Origin: Sandaracinaceae bacterium
GTDB lineage: Bacteria; Myxococcota_A; Polyangia; Polyangiales; Sandaracinaceae
Assembly: GCA_044220955.1 (NCBI GenBank)
Contig: JBGAQA010000014.1
Coordinates: 42,542 to 106,541, forward strand
Length of the DNA stretch: 64,000 bases
Direction: 5' to 3'
The notes beneath the pieces are model-generated. The model worked only from the letters and a program-made list of their open reading frames with translations, was not told the DNA's origin and did no database searches. The position numbers and the translations under genes were made by a program. Each line of letters begins with the position of its first letter. Within the stretch, counting starts at the first letter, position 1. This document shows positions 61,132 through 64,000 of the stretch, piece by piece.

Positions 61132-64000
61132 ACCGCATCGCCTCGGCCTCGGCCCTGCTCGCGCTCGTCGCCGGCTGTGGCGGCGGGACGCAGTCCGCGT
61201 TCAGCCACCAGTTCCGCGACAACCACGACGAGGACTTCGCGGCCGTCCTCGAGCGGCTCCCCGCCGCTACGGATCACCAGAGCCCGGAGAACGGGCTGCA
61301 CCGTCCGCTCGCGGTCGCCACGACGAACGACGAGCCCCGGCGCGTCATCGCGATGGACCCGGCGAGCGGCGAGACGCTCTGGGCGCACGAGCTGGACGCG
61401 CAGACGCGGCCCGAGATCCTCGGCGACATCGTCGTGACGAGCGACCGGACGCAGATCGTCGCGCTCGAGCTGAGCACCGGCGCCGTGCGCTGGACCGCGC
61501 GGCTGGCCGACCTCGCGTACGTCGGCGCCTCGCGCGACGGCGACACGGTGTTCTGGGCGGCGACCGTCGGAGCGCTCGGCGGCGCTCGGCGCGTCGGGCA
61601 CGTGGCCGCGCTCGACGCCCGCACGGGTGCGGAGCGCTGGCGCCACGAGGTGCAAGGCGTGTTCGGGCGTCCGGCCGCGGCGGGAGGGATGGTGCTCGTC
61701 CCCTGGGAGCGCCAGAACATCGCGGTGCTCGACGAGCTGACCGGCCACGAGCTCGCGCGCCTGCGCTCGACCGACGACGTCGTGGCCTGGATCTTCGACG
61801 ACCCGACGGGCGTCTACTACGGCCATCGCGGCATCTACCGCCTCACGCAGCGCTCGGTGAGCGGAACGCGCGAGGGCTCCACGCACATCGACGTGCCGCT
61901 CGGCGATCTGCCGCGCGACCCCGACATCTACGACGACGGGTTCCTGCCCAAGCCCGGCACGCGCTCCGCGCGCGGCCGCATCCGCGTCTACTTCTCACCG
62001 GCGCCCGCGTCGGATCCCGCCGAGGTGCGGATCGCCGGCGACACGTACTACTTCGTCTACTACCGGTACGTCTTCGCGTACGGGCTCGACGGCGCGATGC
62101 GCTGGGCGCGTCTCGTCGAGCAGGACATCATCGGCGCCCAGGCGCTCGAGGGGGGGCTCTTCACCGTGGGCGAGCAGGGCCAGCTGCACGTGCTCGATCA
62201 GGGCACGGGCCTGGACCGCTGGTCGGGCGGGAGCAGCATGGACCTCGCCTCGGTCGACCTCGACGTCGCGGGCTTCAGCCCGGGCGAAGCAAGGGGGACG
62301 GCGCGCCCGCTCCGCGAGGAGCTCACCGAGATCGTGCTCGACCCCGACAACCGGCTCGTGCCCGCGCGCGCGTACGCGGTGGAGTCGCTCGCCGAGATCG
62401 AGGATCCCGAGATCACGCGGGACCTGCTCGACCTCTACGCCCAGCGCTCGATGCCTGGCTCGCTCCGCGAGGCGATCGCGACCGCGCTGCGCTCGCGCCG
62501 GACGGGACCGCAGTTCCTCATCGAAGCGCTCGGCCGTCGCTACGACTTCATCGAGGACACCCAGGCCCCGCCGCTCGAGGTGATCGTGCCGTCGCTGCTC
62601 GAGATGCACGCGACGCAGGCCGTGCCGCAGCTCGTGCAGCAGATGAACGATCACGAGACTCCGGCCGCAGTGCTCCCGATCGTGGTGGAGGCGATCGCGG
62701 AGCTCGGCGACGCCTCGGTCGTCCCGGCGCTTCGTTCCTTCCTGGTCTTCTACCACGCGGACAGCGCGTTCACGGAGAACGCCGACGCCCTCAGCTGGGC
62801 GGCGCGCGGCATCTTCAACCTCGGCGGCCCCGAGGGACGCGAGCTGCTGACCGCCGTCCGCTCCGATGCGCGCACGGTCGCCCCGCTCGGTGCCGCCATC
62901 GCCGGCCTCTACGACGCCGAGAGGCAGCAGCAGGAGCAGCTCGCCGCGCGCGAGGCGGCCGACGCGCAGGCCGCGCTCGACGAGGCCACGCGCCGCGCGG
63001 AGTCGGAGCTCCCGACACGGCTCACCCAGGAGCAGATCAACACGACATTCGCCGAGCACGCCGACGTGCTCCGCGAGTGCGTGGCGGGGGAGGTCACGCG
63101 CAACCCGCTCCTGGGTCAGGTGCGCCTGGTGTTCATCCTGAGCAGCGACGGGAGCGCTGGCGAGATCAGCGTCGCGCCCAACACGCCCGAGCTGGTCATG
63201 TGCATGCAAGAGCGCGTGTCGTCGATCCAGTTCCCGCGGTTCCGGCAGCGGCGCCAGCGCGGTGCGTTCACGATCTCGCTGCGCGGCGGCGCGCCGCAGG
63301 CGTCGGGCGCATCGACGCAGCAGAGCGCCCTGGAGCGCCCGCTGACCAGCGCGGACCCCTGGTGGACGTGGCCGCAGCGGCGCGCCGAGGGGTCGGAGAC
63401 GCCCACGGCCATCCGCGCTTGGTGGGACCGGCGCCCGGCGCCCGTCGTCGCGACCGCGACGCCGACCCCGACGACACCGGTCATCCCCGTCGTGACGCCG
63501 ACGCCGACGCCGACGCCGACCGGGCCCGGCGAGACGCCGCACAGCGGCGGGCCGGCGTGGTGGGAGGGCGCGGGCGCCGACGAGCCGGACGGCGCGGAGC
63601 CCCCACCGGAGGACGCGGCGCCGGAGCCGACCGAGCCCGCTCCCTCCGCGACGGCCCCCGCGGCGCCGCCTGCGCCCGCGGCGCCACCTCCCGCTCCGCC
63701 GCCTCCCGCGGCCCCGACCCCGCGCCTGTCCGCGCGGCTGCCGACTCCGCCGGCGCCGACGGCGCCCGCCGCGCCCGCTCCGTCGGCCCCCCCGGCTGTC
63801 CCCGCCGCACCGCCGGAGCCTCCCGCTCCCGCCGCGCCGCCCCCGCCCGCGTGGTGGGAGGGCGCCGCCCCGGCCGAGCCCTCGCCGCCTCCGCCCGAGC
63901 GCGGTCGTGGGCGCCGCGGTCGTGCCACGCCGCGCGCGCCTGCCCCCGCCCCCCCGCCACCCGCGGCGCCGCCGCCGCCCGCGACCACCGCCCCCCCGGC
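61128..64000 (+). CDS. Lipoprotein with PQQ-like beta-propeller, HEAT repeats, AgmX/TonB-C-like domain and Pro-rich tail (runs off the window; not in the ORF track)
   Basis: GTGA overlap; VNRIASASALLALVAGC; repeated ALDARTGAERW-type units; LTQEQI..LREC..VRLVFILSSDG..CMQERVSSIQFPRF. Confidence 0.8.
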   Translation, partial: MNRIASASALLALVAGCGGGTQSAFSHQFRDNHDEDFAAVLERLPAATDHQSPENGLHRPLAVATTNDEPRRVIAMDPASGETLWAHELDAQTRPEILGDIVVTSDRTQIVALELSTGAVRWTARLADLAYVGASRDGDTVFWAATVGALGGARRVGHVAALDARTGAERWRHEVQGVFGRPAAAGGMVLVPWERQNIAVLDELTGHELARLRSTDDVVAWIFDDPTGVYYGHRGIYRLTQRSVSGTREGSTHIDVPLGDLPRDPDIYDDGFLPKPGTRSARGRIRVYFSPAPASDPAEVRIAGDTYYFVYYRYVFAYGLDGAMRWARLVEQDIIGAQALEGGLFTVGEQGQLHVLDQGTGLDRWSGGSSMDLASVDLDVAGFSPGEARGTARPLREELTEIVLDPDNRLVPARAYAVESLAEIEDPEITRDLLDLYAQRSMPGSLREAIATALRSRRTGPQFLIEALGRRYDFIEDTQAPPLEVIVPSLLEMHATQAVPQLVQQMNDHETPAAVLPIVVEAIAELGDASVVPALRSFLVFYHADSAFTENADALSWAARGIFNLGGPEGRELLTAVRSDARTVAPLGAAIAGLYDAERQQQEQLAAREAADAQAALDEATRRAESELPTRLTQEQINTTFAEHADVLRECVAGEVTRNPLLGQVRLVFILSSDGSAGEISVAPNTPELVMCMQERVSSIQFPRFRQRRQRGAFTISLRGGAPQASGASTQQSALERPLTSADPWWTWPQRRAEGSETPTAIRAWWDRRPAPVVATATPTPTTPVIPVVTPTPTPTPTGPGETPHSGGPAWWEGAGADEPDGAEPPPEDAAPEPTEPAPSATAPAAPPAPAAPPPAPPPPAAPTPRLSARLPTPPAPTAPAAPAPSAPPAVPAAPPEPPAPAAPPPPAWWEGAAPAEPSPPPPERGRGRRGRATPRAPAPAPPPPAAPPPPATTAPP

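Overview
High-GC window that looks like a myxobacterial (Polyangiales/Sandaracinaceae-like) chromosome; the taxonomy is inferred from gene content only. About 1-13 kb is a surface-polysaccharide locus: CDP-glucose pathway with a sugar C-methyltransferase, a WbpB plus fused WbpD-WbpE diamino-uronate pathway, a WbpG/HisH2/HisF2 acetamidino module, AsnB and a GT4. A secreted protein with a phage spike-fibre-like domain sits inside this locus. The rest holds a ~3.7-kaa TPR protein (AgmK/GltI-like), a class IV aminotransferase, an uncalled 48-aa basic protein, a three-gene chaperone / beta-barrel / 13-heme cytochrome operon, two Ser/Thr kinases, an M1-pseudopeptidase-Omp85-like fusion, a Cys-less class II GATase, two GT-C glycosyltransferases, an MMPL transporter, a pilin-like protein, a TSP3+vWA lipoprotein, tRNA-Lys and tRNA-Glu, a 15-repeat Ig-like giant lipoprotein, and a truncated propeller/HEAT/TonB-C-like lipoprotein. 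I saw no CRISPR array, integrase, transposase or rRNA. All calls come from motif recognition by eye; no searches were run.
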